NCBI GenBank assembly: GCA_024274695.1
Contig: JAJSAI010000012.1
Span: 1 to 40,694 of the forward strand
Direction: 5' to 3'
DNA from: an archaeon
GTDB lineage: Archaea; B1Sed10-29; JAJSAI01
Length of the DNA stretch: 40,694 bases
Both the position numbers and the translations under genes were made by a program. How positions within the stretch are numbered: position 1 is the stretch's first letter; every line of letters begins with the position of its first letter. Shown here in pieces: positions 13,431 through 21,990 of this stretch. Under the pieces are notes generated by a model. That model was not told where the DNA came from and made no database searches. It was given only the letters and a program-made list of their open reading frames with translations.

Positions 13431-13706
13431 GGGGATAGCGGGTGAGCGGCTCACGCGCCCCTTGACGGCGTGAGGAAGTTCCTCCCACTCCGTTAACGGC
13501 GTTCCCTTTCGGGAATGTTCCGAGAGGAACAGCGGCAGGAGCAGAAACGACACCCTGGCAGGAACCGCTAAAAAGGATGACCGCACAGCGTGACAAGGCC
13601 ATGCCGGGGATGAAACGGCCTGCCGCCGCCGGGAGTGCAAGGCAGTAATTGCCGCTTAGTAGAATGCCGCTTTAAAACAGAAGGAGGACTACAGCCCGCT
13701 GTCCCC
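13431..13706 (+). ncRNA. rnpB: RNase P RNA (type M-like)
   Basis: P1 GGGGATAGCGGG/CCCGCTGTCCCC, P4 GAGGAAGTTCCTCC and ACAGAAGGAGGACTA, GCAGAAAC, GATGAAAC, GTGCAAG, GCTTAG..GAATG. Confidence 0.93.
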
Positions 13707-13754
13707 TCTGGCGTGATACTACATCAAGAGAGTTGAGAGGAGAGATCCATTTTC

Positions 13755-14183
13755 ATGATAAGACAAGGTTCTGCCGAGGACATTCCCAAGATAGAAGAGA
13801 TTAACAAGGTCGTGTTCGGCGAGCCCTGTGGGATTGCCGGAAGAGCAGGGTCCCGGAAGGACTTCAGGGTCTCTGTCGCGGAAGAAAACGGCAGGATCCT
13901 AGGATACGTCTGCGGGCACGAGAGGAAAGGAAAGTACTACTTGTGGATGGGATGCGTCCTGCCGGAAGCGCGCAACAAGGGTATAGGAACCGCTCTTTTG
14001 AAGCACCAGATGAACGTTGCCGTAAAAGCAGGCTACACGAGGGTGTTCGCGAAGTCCAGCAACAAGTGGAAGCCGATGATGAGGCTCCTGCTCAAGATGG
14101 GTTTTGATGTCATAGGATACAAGGCGAGAGAATGGGGCGATGAGGCAGCAGTGTGGTTCGAGAAAGTGCTTCAGGAGGGTTAG
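13755..14183 (+). CDS. GNAT acetyltransferase
   Basis: VLPEARNKGIGTALL acetyl-CoA binding motif; LLLKMGF. Confidence 0.88.
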   Translation: MIRQGSAEDIPKIEEINKVVFGEPCGIAGRAGSRKDFRVSVAEENGRILGYVCGHERKGKYYLWMGCVLPEARNKGIGTALLKHQMNVAVKAGYTRVFAKSSNKWKPMMRLLLKMGFDVIGYKAREWGDEAAVWFEKVLQEG

Positions 14184-14611
14184 TAGCCCTCCCTCTTGAT
14201 TCTGTCAACTATCTTCTGCGTGTTATCTATTAGGCGCTTGACCTCTTCCTTAAGCCTGGTGAGTTCTTCCCGCACGGCTTCCGCTTCCTGTGGACTGATC
14301 AGGTTCCTCTTTTTGAGTATGACCTCTTCCCTGACCTTCCTGGACAACTCGGAAATGAGCAGATCCAGAGAATGTTTGGACAGAGCGACTCTATCACAGT
14401 CCAGTATCAGGGAGACTACCTTCTCCTGGATCCCTTCCTTTGGAGGGAAGTTGTCAAGATAGTAGTGCAGGACCTCGTTGCACGCGGCTATCGCGTTCTC
14501 CACAGCATTAAGTTCTTCTTGGGTTATCCCAACTTCCTTCAAAAAGATCCTCTCTATCTTTTCCTCGCTTGTCTCTTCCGCCTTCTTTTTTCTTTTCTTG
14601 TCACCTGTCAC
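14180..14611 (-). CDS. Hypothetical helical/coiled-coil protein
   Basis: 143-aa ORF coupled by a 4-bp overlap to the HIT gene. Confidence 0.65.
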   Translation of the reverse strand: MTGDKKRKKKAEETSEEKIERIFLKEVGITQEELNAVENAIAACNEVLHYYLDNFPPKEGIQEKVVSLILDCDRVALSKHSLDLLISELSRKVREEVILKKRNLISPQEAEAVREELTRLKEEVKRLIDNTQKIVDRIKREGY

Positions 14612-15009
14612 TCAATCTCCTCCAGAGCGCTCACTATCTTCTGCCTGACCTCCTCAAGCTCGGCGTCAGACGGCTTCGGGAGGGGCTTGAACTCAAGCCG
14701 AGGTTCCTTGGTCGGGTGCAGTCTCACGTGCACGTGAGGGACCAGGAACCCTTCTACCACCACGCATGTCCTGACAGGGTTCAGGGCCCTGTCTATCGCT
14801 CTCGCGACCTTCTTGGACGCTTTGAAGAGCTTGCAGAGTTCCCCGTCAGGCATGTCAAAAACATAGTCATAATGTTTTTTAGGGATCACCAGGGTCTGGC
14901 CCTCGTGCATCGGGTTAATATCAAGAAACGCGAGAACATCCTCGTCCTCGTACACCTTTTTAGAAGGGATTTCTCCTTTCACGATCTTGCAGAATATGCA
15001 TTCATCCAC
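14608..15009 (-). CDS. HIT family nucleotide hydrolase
   Basis: CIFCKI, AFLDINP, VPHVHVRL (third His replaced by Arg). Confidence 0.9.
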   Translation of the reverse strand: MDECIFCKIVKGEIPSKKVYEDEDVLAFLDINPMHEGQTLVIPKKHYDYVFDMPDGELCKLFKASKKVARAIDRALNPVRTCVVVEGFLVPHVHVRLHPTKEPRLEFKPLPKPSDAELEEVRQKIVSALEEIE

Positions 15010-15061
15010 AGGTCCTCACCCCCTGCACTGAGTTTTTGGAGGAATGGGAAATAAAAAGGTT

Positions 15062-15226
15062 TCAGGCCTCCAGCCTCTGGATTATTTCGTCAATGAGCCC
15101 TGGAGAACGGCTGAACAGAGGGTGTTTTTTCAGGCTGACAAACTCCTTTCGTTCCACGCAGTAGTCCCCTCCAGAGGACAGGGCCTGCCTCACGAGAAGG
15201 ATTGCGGGCATCTGGTGCGCGTTCAT
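15062..15226 (-). CDS. Small hypothetical protein (54 aa)
   Basis: Below the track cutoff. MNAHQMPAILLVRQALSSGGDYCVERKEFVSLKKHPLFSRSPGLIDEIIQRLEA with GAGGTGG SD. Confidence 0.45.
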   Translation of the reverse strand: MNAHQMPAILLVRQALSSGGDYCVERKEFVSLKKHPLFSRSPGLIDEIIQRLEA

Positions 15227-15353
15227 GATCAACCACCTCTTGAAGGATTAGGGTCTTCTGGACAAGACTGTTTTCGGACGGGAAGAGCGCGAGTGTCGAG
15301 TAATAGGGCGGTGCCCCTTCTTTATATTCCCCTGAGAGGATAAAGTAAAACGG

Positions 15354-16229
15354 ATGCCGCGCAGGAAAAGGCCTGACATGGAAAAAATAAGGAACATGAT
15401 GAAGATAATCACCCCAGGGTTGTCAGGAATGTGGGCGAAAGAGCCCGCAGCGCACAGCCTGGAGCAGAGGCACAGGGTGAAATTGATTCTGAACGGTCTG
15501 GAAGAGCTCAGGAAGGTGCTTTCTCATGATAAAGAAGCGGTTCAGAGGATAGACGCGCTTGTTGAAAGAATCAGGAAAGAGGGCTGGAATGCCCTGGCAG
15601 ACCACGGCCGTAGGACCGTGTTTGAGATAAAAGAGCTTGAGTCAAGAGCAAGGTACTCTGCATCTGATCTTCCCCCAGATCTAAAAAAAGAGGAGGAGTA
15701 CGGCGTGGGAGTCAGCGACGTGGGAGGAAAGGCAGTGTCCGACACATCCAAGGAGCTGGGACCTCTTGCAACAGATACTGAAAGGGCCGAGGCAAAAAGG
15801 CTCTCAAGCGAGGGAAAAAAGAAGGCTGTGCTGGTAAAGCCCACGGGACAGTTGTACGCGTACTTTGCTCCTGACGGGAGCGTGGTCCTCAGAAGGGCGT
15901 CCGCGCAGGAGATCGCGGAACACGAAAAAGCACACTTACGGTATCCCGCTGAAGACTCAAGGTTCTCTGAAGCGTTTGCATACCTTGAAACCTATCCTCC
16001 TGAAATCCTGTCCAGCCACGAGAAGTTCAGCGAGGTCGCGGGTCCAGAGCCTCATAAAGTGGGCTGGAGGATAGCGGGCGTGTGCGCCAGCCTGGGGATA
16101 ACAGCAGAAGAACTATTCCAAGCGTACCAAAAGCTGGGACCGAAAGAATTGTACGCGCGGATAAAAAAGGCAGGGGAACTTAAGGGAAAGGAGGACAAGA
16201 AAAAACTCAAAAAGATGGTGGTGGGATAG
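15354..16229 (+). CDS. Hypothetical protein
   Basis: 291-aa ORF with GAGG SD and typical composition; no recognisable family. Confidence 0.7.
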   Translation: MPRRKRPDMEKIRNMMKIITPGLSGMWAKEPAAHSLEQRHRVKLILNGLEELRKVLSHDKEAVQRIDALVERIRKEGWNALADHGRRTVFEIKELESRARYSASDLPPDLKKEEEYGVGVSDVGGKAVSDTSKELGPLATDTERAEAKRLSSEGKKKAVLVKPTGQLYAYFAPDGSVVLRRASAQEIAEHEKAHLRYPAEDSRFSEAFAYLETYPPEILSSHEKFSEVAGPEPHKVGWRIAGVCASLGITAEELFQAYQKLGPKELYARIKKAGELKGKEDKKKLKKMVVG

Positions 16230-16296
16230 GCCGGATTTGAACCGGCGACCTCCCGGTTATCAGCCGGGTGCTCCAACCAGGCTAAGCTACTATCCC
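16219..16296 (-). tRNA. tRNA-Ile (GAU), CCA encoded
   Basis: GGGATAGTAGCTTAGCCTGGTTGGAGCACCCGGCT-GAT-AACCGGGAGGTCGCCGGTTCAAATCCGGCCTATCCCACCA cloverleaf, no intron. Confidence 0.96.
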
Positions 16297-16392
16297 GCAC
16301 GCGAGTAGTAGAACAGCACTTACTGCTAATCTTTTTTCTCTTTCGCGTTTAAAAAGGTTAGGTTTAAATTCTTCCGAAGCCCTCCTTAGATC

Positions 16393-16938
16393 ATGCTAGC
16401 AGCGAAAAAGACGAAAAGGAGGGGGACAAGAAAACCGGTAAGAGAAGCCATCCGAAACAAGCTTTTTAAGAGAGCAGAGAAAGAAGCGTGGAACGCCGTA
16501 TCAAACTGGAGGGCTCTCGGCGGGACTGACGAAATGCTGCAGTCCATCCTTGAGAGCGCGGGAGCCAAGGAGGACTTGATAAGAAAAGTGATGGACCGTA
16601 AGGCAAAGGGGACGCTTACGGACGAGTTCCTAGCGGGCATACTAGCAGGGCTGAAGTTCCAGCGCATGGAAGCAGAGAGCAAGCTGTTAGCAAAAAGCGA
16701 GGCCACTGCCAAGAAAATGGAGGAGATTATTGAAAAGGGCAGGGCAAAAAAGAAGGAAGTGAAGGAAACAGTAAGCAAAAAACTGGAGGAGATTGAGAAA
16801 AAAGCAACAGAGAAGGGAGCTGCGGAAGTGAAGGTTGAAGGCCCTTCCCCCATGTTCATCGGGTACCACAAAAAGCTTGCGATCCTGATCGTGGTACTTG
16901 TCCTCCTGGCCTTGATAGTAAGTCTCCTGAGAGGATGA
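16393..16938 (+). CDS. Tail-anchored coiled-coil membrane protein
   Basis: K/E-rich helical body with a single C-terminal TM. Confidence 0.7.
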   Translation: MLAAKKTKRRGTRKPVREAIRNKLFKRAEKEAWNAVSNWRALGGTDEMLQSILESAGAKEDLIRKVMDRKAKGTLTDEFLAGILAGLKFQRMEAESKLLAKSEATAKKMEEIIEKGRAKKKEVKETVSKKLEEIEKKATEKGAAEVKVEGPSPMFIGYHKKLAILIVVLVLLALIVSLLRG

Positions 16939-16941
16939 CTG

Positions 16942-17376
16942 ATGAGAGTAAGGCAGCTTAGATCAAAGGAGATAAAAGAGCTTCGTAAAAAATTTTCTTG
17001 GCTGCCTGCAAAAGGGCTTGTAGAGGAGGAACTGCAGGGGGACCTGCTGGTTATAACGGACGGCAGCACACCCCTTCTCGCTAGGAAAAAGGGTGTGCTC
17101 TTCCCTACACTGTTCTCTGGAGCGGACCTTCCTGAAGTCACGATAGACATGGGCGCCGTGAAGTTCGTGGCCAACGGGGCTGACGTGATGGCCCCCGGAG
17201 TCGTTGAGAAACCGCCATTCAAGGAGGGGGATTTACTGTACGCGGTTGACGAAAGGAACAGAAAAAAGATCGCAGTGGTGATGGCGCTCGTGGATTCCGA
17301 CTCTTTCCCTGAAAAAGGGAGGGCTTTCAAGAACCTCCATCACGTGGGAGACAGGATCTGGCAGTCAAAAGAATGA
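16942..17376 (+). CDS. PUA-domain RNA-binding protein (archaeal MCT-1-like)
   Basis: FPTL, VTIDMGAVKFVANGADVMAPGV, NLHHVGDRIW. Confidence 0.9.
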   Translation: MRVRQLRSKEIKELRKKFSWLPAKGLVEEELQGDLLVITDGSTPLLARKKGVLFPTLFSGADLPEVTIDMGAVKFVANGADVMAPGVVEKPPFKEGDLLYAVDERNRKKIAVVMALVDSDSFPEKGRAFKNLHHVGDRIWQSKE

Positions 17377-17401
17377 ACTCTAAAAAACAGGAGGGAGAAT
17401 C

Positions 17402-18112
17402 GTGACAGAACTATTGTACATGGACGACGCTTACCTAAGGGAGTGGACCGCAAAGGTTTTGGAATCTGTTGGAGAGAAAGTCGTGCTTGACAGGACCGCG
17501 TTCTATCCTCGGGGAGGAGGACAGCCCAGTGATACAGGGAAGATTAACGAGGACGGGGAAGAGTATAACGTCCTTGAGGTTAAGAAGGAAAACGGGAGAA
17601 TAGTCCACATCCTGGACAGAACAGGCCCAAGCAGGGGAGAAGAGGTCAGGTGCACTCTTGACTGGGACAGAAGGTATACTCTCATGAGAATGCATACTGC
17701 CGCGCACCTTCTTTCAGCACTCATCAACAAAAGAACAGGAGCCATGATAACTGGCAATCAGCTGGGAACAGAAAAATCCCGCATAGACTTCAGCCTTGAA
17801 GAATACTCTCCTGAACTGCTCGCTAGTATCGTGAAAGAAGCCAACGAACTAATCAGCAAAGGCGCGGAGGTAAAGGTATACTACCTGCCGAGAGAGGAAG
17901 CACTCCGTATCCCCGGCATAGTGAAACTGGCTGACAAGCTCCCCCCAAACGTCAGCAGGCTCAGGATAGTGGAAATAGAAGGGATAGACACTCAGGCCGA
18001 TGGCGGAACTCACGTAAAGAACATTAGAGAAATAGGGAACATAGTCGTCCTGAAGACAGAAAACAAGGGTAAGAACAACAGAAGACTCTACTTTGGCCTG
18101 GAAAAGGCCTGA
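17402..18112 (+). CDS. alaXM: AlaX-M Ser/Gly-tRNA(Ala) trans-editing protein
   Basis: FYPRGGGQPSDTG, MRMHTAAH, ADGGTHV, KGKNNRRLY. Confidence 0.92.
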   Translation: MTELLYMDDAYLREWTAKVLESVGEKVVLDRTAFYPRGGGQPSDTGKINEDGEEYNVLEVKKENGRIVHILDRTGPSRGEEVRCTLDWDRRYTLMRMHTAAHLLSALINKRTGAMITGNQLGTEKSRIDFSLEEYSPELLASIVKEANELISKGAEVKVYYLPREEALRIPGIVKLADKLPPNVSRLRIVEIEGIDTQADGGTHVKNIREIGNIVVLKTENKGKNNRRLYFGLEKA

Positions 18113-18195
18113 GACCGCAAGAGAATCTTTGTTTTATAAATCCCGAAAGGTATAAAAACCAGAAGCAACCCTATTGTTACCACTGGTGAGTTGTT

Positions 18196-19185
18196 ATGAG
18201 GCTTGGGTTGGTGTTGTTTGGGCTCCTCGTGCTATTGGGAGCAGCCCTTGCAAGCACGGCGGTAGTGTATTCTCCCGACAAGGATTTTGGTTCTGCGAAG
18301 ATGCTTGAAGAAAACGGGTATAGTGTGAAAACCTTCAGCCAAAAGTTCGGGCTGGAGGAACTCAGGGATGCGGAAGTGCTCTTCGTAGACGCGGGAATAA
18401 ACGATATACCCCCGGAAATGTATGTGATATTCAGGGAATACGCGGTGCAAGGGGGAAAGGTGATTATCGCGCTTGACCCTGTGTCCGTAAAAAGCTACTC
18501 CACGTTTGATGAGATCAGCAGAATAGACCCGAGCCTCTGCTATTCAGAACCTTCTCCCACAAAAAAATTCCAGTACTGTACAGAAACAAAAATCTTCGGG
18601 CAGGACCTCGTGACCGGAAAAGCGTATTCCCCAATATCAGAATACATCGGGAAAATAGAGGCAGTGCCCCTGGAAAGCAGTGGAGCACCCCTCGCGTACG
18701 TGGATGGCCAGGAAACCGCCGTGAGAAACTACGTCGGACAAGGGGAGATGATAGTGGCGGGATTCAGGTACTCTCCAGAAACAGAAAAGTTCTTTGAGCA
18801 GCTCATGTTCCCGGGAAAAGCAACAGAACAGACTCCTGTACAGGCCCAGGCAGAAAACCAAGAAAACACGGGCATAATTGCAAGGCCAAAGCCTCCTGAA
18901 ACCGAGAAGAAGATAACCGGAGAAACAATAGCAGTACTGCCTGGAAAAACGCAGGAAGGAGGAAGCATAGTACCAACTGTCGTTGGGCTTGTGTGTCTTG
19001 CAGGAATCCTCGGCTACTTTATCATAACCAGACCGCCACAGCAAAAGCCAGGGCCTAAGAAGACCATCAAAGAACCGGCAAAAACCCCTCCCAGCCACGC
19101 GTCACAAACAACCCTAGTAGACCTCCAGGCACAACAACCTAGGATAACACTACCTCCAAAAGAAAAAGACGAGTTCATCTACTAG
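18196..19185 (+). CDS. Exported single-pass membrane protein (GATase-like/DUF4350-like ectodomain)
   Basis: Signal peptide, alpha/beta ectodomain (..REYAVQGGKVIIA..), TM near residue 260, Pro/Lys-rich tail. Confidence 0.7.
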   Translation: MRLGLVLFGLLVLLGAALASTAVVYSPDKDFGSAKMLEENGYSVKTFSQKFGLEELRDAEVLFVDAGINDIPPEMYVIFREYAVQGGKVIIALDPVSVKSYSTFDEISRIDPSLCYSEPSPTKKFQYCTETKIFGQDLVTGKAYSPISEYIGKIEAVPLESSGAPLAYVDGQETAVRNYVGQGEMIVAGFRYSPETEKFFEQLMFPGKATEQTPVQAQAENQENTGIIARPKPPETEKKITGETIAVLPGKTQEGGSIVPTVVGLVCLAGILGYFIITRPPQQKPGPKKTIKEPAKTPPSHASQTTLVDLQAQQPRITLPPKEKDEFIY

Positions 19186-19257
19186 TAAGGACGCCTTCCC
19201 CGCCCTTACGAACCCATCCGCTTCTCTTTTTAAGCAGTTTACCCATTAGAGGACTGC

Positions 19258-19482
19258 ATGTTTGACTGGGAATACTTTAACAAGGAAGTGGACTGGATAA
19301 TAGAGATCCCGAGCGGAAAAAAGATAAGGGACCTCGGGATCCTGCAGAACGTGGAGGTTAATGAGGAGGAGAAAAGAGTATACGTTACCCTCAAGCACCA
19401 CCGGATGGAGCAGTACTTTGAGGAAAGAATAAGGGATATAATCCGGAACATGGGCTACGATCCTGAGGTCGTGTTCGTGTAG
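19258..19482 (+). CDS. Small DUF59/SufT-like protein (degenerate)
   Basis: EIPSGKKIRDLGILQNVEV..VYVTL resembles DPE..IVDLGLV; GAGG SD. Confidence 0.55.
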   Translation: MFDWEYFNKEVDWIIEIPSGKKIRDLGILQNVEVNEEEKRVYVTLKHHRMEQYFEERIRDIIRNMGYDPEVVFV

Positions 19483-19985
19483 TTTCCAGGCCCAGGCGGG
19501 GGACTGAAAGACTCAGGAGGGTATTTAACAGGAGCTGGGCTCGCTCCCTCTGCTATCGTGCTTGCTTTTTCTGGGACAACCAGTTTTTCCCCAGCTTCTG
19601 GAACCTGTTGTCCTGGAACTCTTGTCATCTGAGCGCCTGGCTGCTGCAGGTACACGGTCAGAACGTACAAGAACGAAAGCGCAAACAGCGCGAGCAGTGC
19701 AAACGTGATCATTCTTCGCTTAACCCTTCCTCCGACCACCGTTTCTCCTTTTTCGGTAAGAGAGTAGTACACCCATTTTCTGCCAGTATCCTCCCTGGCC
19801 ACCAGTCCCGCATCAAGCAAGAGCCCCAAGTGTTCTGACACTGTACTCGGAGAAAGACCTGTCTCCCTAGCCAGCTCTGAGAGGGTCTTACGCCTTTCCC
19901 GCAGTGCCTTAAGAATGTTTATCCTGCTGGACACTGCCAAGGCGTTCAGTGCTTTTCTGTCAATAGTGATTTCCTCGCCCTCCAC
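19455..19985 (-). CDS. Membrane-anchored ArsR-family regulator
   Basis: ALAVSSRINILKAL, TLSELARETGLSPSTVSEHL, WVYYSLT, then one TM. Confidence 0.85.
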   Translation of the reverse strand: MEGEEITIDRKALNALAVSSRINILKALRERRKTLSELARETGLSPSTVSEHLGLLLDAGLVAREDTGRKWVYYSLTEKGETVVGGRVKRRMITFALLALFALSFLYVLTVYLQQPGAQMTRVPGQQVPEAGEKLVVPEKASTIAEGASPAPVKYPPESFSPPPGPGNYTNTTSGS

Positions 19986-20051
19986 GATAGCAGGTATTAC
20001 AACAGAAAATATAAATACCTACGCTTTTTCTTCGGTAGCGGTGAAAACAAG

Positions 20052-21215
20052 ATGAGGGACATTAGGGTATTCGCCGAAAGAGCCGAAAAAAGGCCTTTGG
20101 TGGAGATAGTGGAAAGAAAGGGCCTCGGGCACCCTGACACGATAATGGACAGTGTTTGCGAGGAGATAGCTGTAAAGTTTTCACAGGAGTACGTGAAGAG
20201 ATTCGGCAGGATATACCATTTTAATGCTGACAAGGGCCTTCTCGTGGCAGGAGACGCTGAGATAGAGTTCGGGGGAGGAAGAATAACAGAGCCAGTGAGA
20301 ATGATAATAGGGGACAGGGCTACTATGGAAGTGCACGGCGAGCCCTTCCCCGCAGCAGAAATCGCTGAAAAAACAGTGAAAGAATGGCTGCGTGAGAACA
20401 TACCTCTCCTCGCGGATCATGTTATTGTAGAACCCGCGTTCTCACCCGGGTCTCCTGAGCTCGTGAGCATATTCGAAAAAGAAGGTGTCCTGGGATCTAA
20501 CGACACCAGCGCGGCAGTGGGATACTATCCCCTAACCCCCCTGGAAGAACTGGTCATGAGCACAGAGAAGATGATTAACTCCAGAGAGTTCAAAAAAGAG
20601 TTTCCTGAGACGGGCACTGACGTTAAGGTCATGGGCGTGAGAAGAGGGGACGACATCAGCATCACCATAGCCCTCGCGTTCATCTCAGGAGAAATAGGCT
20701 CTGAAAAAGAGTACTTCAGGAGAAAAAAAGAGGTTGTCTCAAGAATCAGAGAGAACATCGGCGAGAACGTCCACCTGCAGGTTAACACCCTTGACGAGCC
20801 AGGAAGAGGAGTGAAGGGAGTATACCTAACGGTAACAGGAACCTCCGCAGAGTCAGGGGACAGCGGAGAAGTCGGCAGAGGAAACAAGGTGAACGGGCTC
20901 ATATGCCTGAACAGGCCCAGCGGGTCAGAAGCGGCTGCTGGAAAAAATCCTGTCTCGCACATAGGAAAGATATACAACGTCCTCTCTCACGTGATCGCCA
21001 AAGAGATCTGTAAAACCGTTCCAGGAGTGGAGTCCGCGCAGGTCTGGATGATAACCAGGATCGGGAACAGGATAGACGAGCCGCTTGTCTCGGTAAAGGT
21101 AGTGTCCGAGAAAGGGTTTGACCCAGGCGAGGTGGAAGAAGTTATTAACAGGAGGCTTGACAACATCACAGGATTCTGTTCAGAACTGGCCGCTGGAAAG
21201 TACAGAGTATGCTGA
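20052..21215 (+). CDS. mat: Archaeal-type S-adenosylmethionine synthetase
   Basis: VERKGLGHPDT, SNDTS, DVKVMG, TGTSAESGDSGEVGRGN, AGKNPVSHIGKIYN. Confidence 0.96.
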   Translation: MRDIRVFAERAEKRPLVEIVERKGLGHPDTIMDSVCEEIAVKFSQEYVKRFGRIYHFNADKGLLVAGDAEIEFGGGRITEPVRMIIGDRATMEVHGEPFPAAEIAEKTVKEWLRENIPLLADHVIVEPAFSPGSPELVSIFEKEGVLGSNDTSAAVGYYPLTPLEELVMSTEKMINSREFKKEFPETGTDVKVMGVRRGDDISITIALAFISGEIGSEKEYFRRKKEVVSRIRENIGENVHLQVNTLDEPGRGVKGVYLTVTGTSAESGDSGEVGRGNKVNGLICLNRPSGSEAAAGKNPVSHIGKIYNVLSHVIAKEICKTVPGVESAQVWMITRIGNRIDEPLVSVKVVSEKGFDPGEVEEVINRRLDNITGFCSELAAGKYRVC

Positions 21216-21228
21216 AGGAGTGTCGCGC

Positions 21229-21990
21229 ATGAGAGTGCTTTTCCTGGGAACAGGAGGGGGAAGGTACGTGACCTCCTCCCAGAAACGGGCTACTGGAGGT
21301 ATCGTCATAACTTCTGGAGAAATAAGCTTGATCATGGACCCCGGGCCCTGCTCTTTGTGCAGGATCCTTGAAAGAAGGGTCAACCCGAGGTTTGATGCCA
21401 TGCTCATCTCGCACGGTCACACGGACCATTCTGCGGGAGCAAACCCTGTGATAGAAGCAATGACTGATGGGACAAGGAACAAAAGGGGCGTACTCATCTG
21501 CCCTGAAGGAGTAGTGGGAGGAATGGTTACAGAGTACCACGCCAGCCTGCTGGAAGAGGTAGAGATCGTCTCCCCTGGGGACGTGGTGAAGGTGAAGGAC
21601 ACGACCGTAAGGACCGTGAAAGCAGTCCATTCTGACTCCATGAAGTGCGTGGGGTTCGTGATCAACGAAACAATAGGTTACACAGGAGACACAGGATACT
21701 ACCAGGGCATGGGAAAAGAGTACAAAGGCCTGGACACCCTGATAGTCAACGTGATAAACCCTACAGACAATATCTACGACACGATCATGTCGGTGAAGGG
21801 CGCAGAACTGCTGGCAGGAGAAGCAAGGCCCAAAAGGATGGTGATCACCCACTTTGGGAGGAACATGCTCAGGGCAGGTCCTGAGAACATTGCCGCAAGA
21901 ATCCAGGAGAGGACAGGGGTCAGAACTCTCGCGGCAAAGGATGGCCTGGAAGTAGACCTCTCCAAACGGAGCGTGCTGGAATGGTCCTGA
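21229..21990 (+). CDS. Metallo-beta-lactamase-fold hydrolase
   Basis: FLGTGGGR, DPGP, SHGHTDH, TGDT, ITHFG. Start reassigned to ATG 21229 after a GGAG SD. Confidence 0.88.
   Translation: MRVLFLGTGGGRYVTSSQKRATGGIVITSGEISLIMDPGPCSLCRILERRVNPRFDAMLISHGHTDHSAGANPVIEAMTDGTRNKRGVLICPEGVVGGMVTEYHASLLEEVEIVSPGDVVKVKDTTVRTVKAVHSDSMKCVGFVINETIGYTGDTGYYQGMGKEYKGLDTLIVNVINPTDNIYDTIMSVKGAELLAGEARPKRMVITHFGRNMLRAGPENIAARIQERTGVRTLAAKDGLEVDLSKRSVLEWS

Noticed and set aside
13344-13640. N-terminal extension of ORF 12867-13640
   Set aside because: Antisense to RNase P RNA; family similarity starts at ATG 13343.
15354-16296. Integrated element at tRNA-Ile
   Set aside because: No integrase, no second att copy and no obvious compositional shift in the window.
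16386-17330. Long antisense ORFs (also 21166-22032, 10316-11008, 3818-4363)
   Set aside because: Shadows of well-supported genes on the opposite strand, with Ser/Phe-rich antisense composition.
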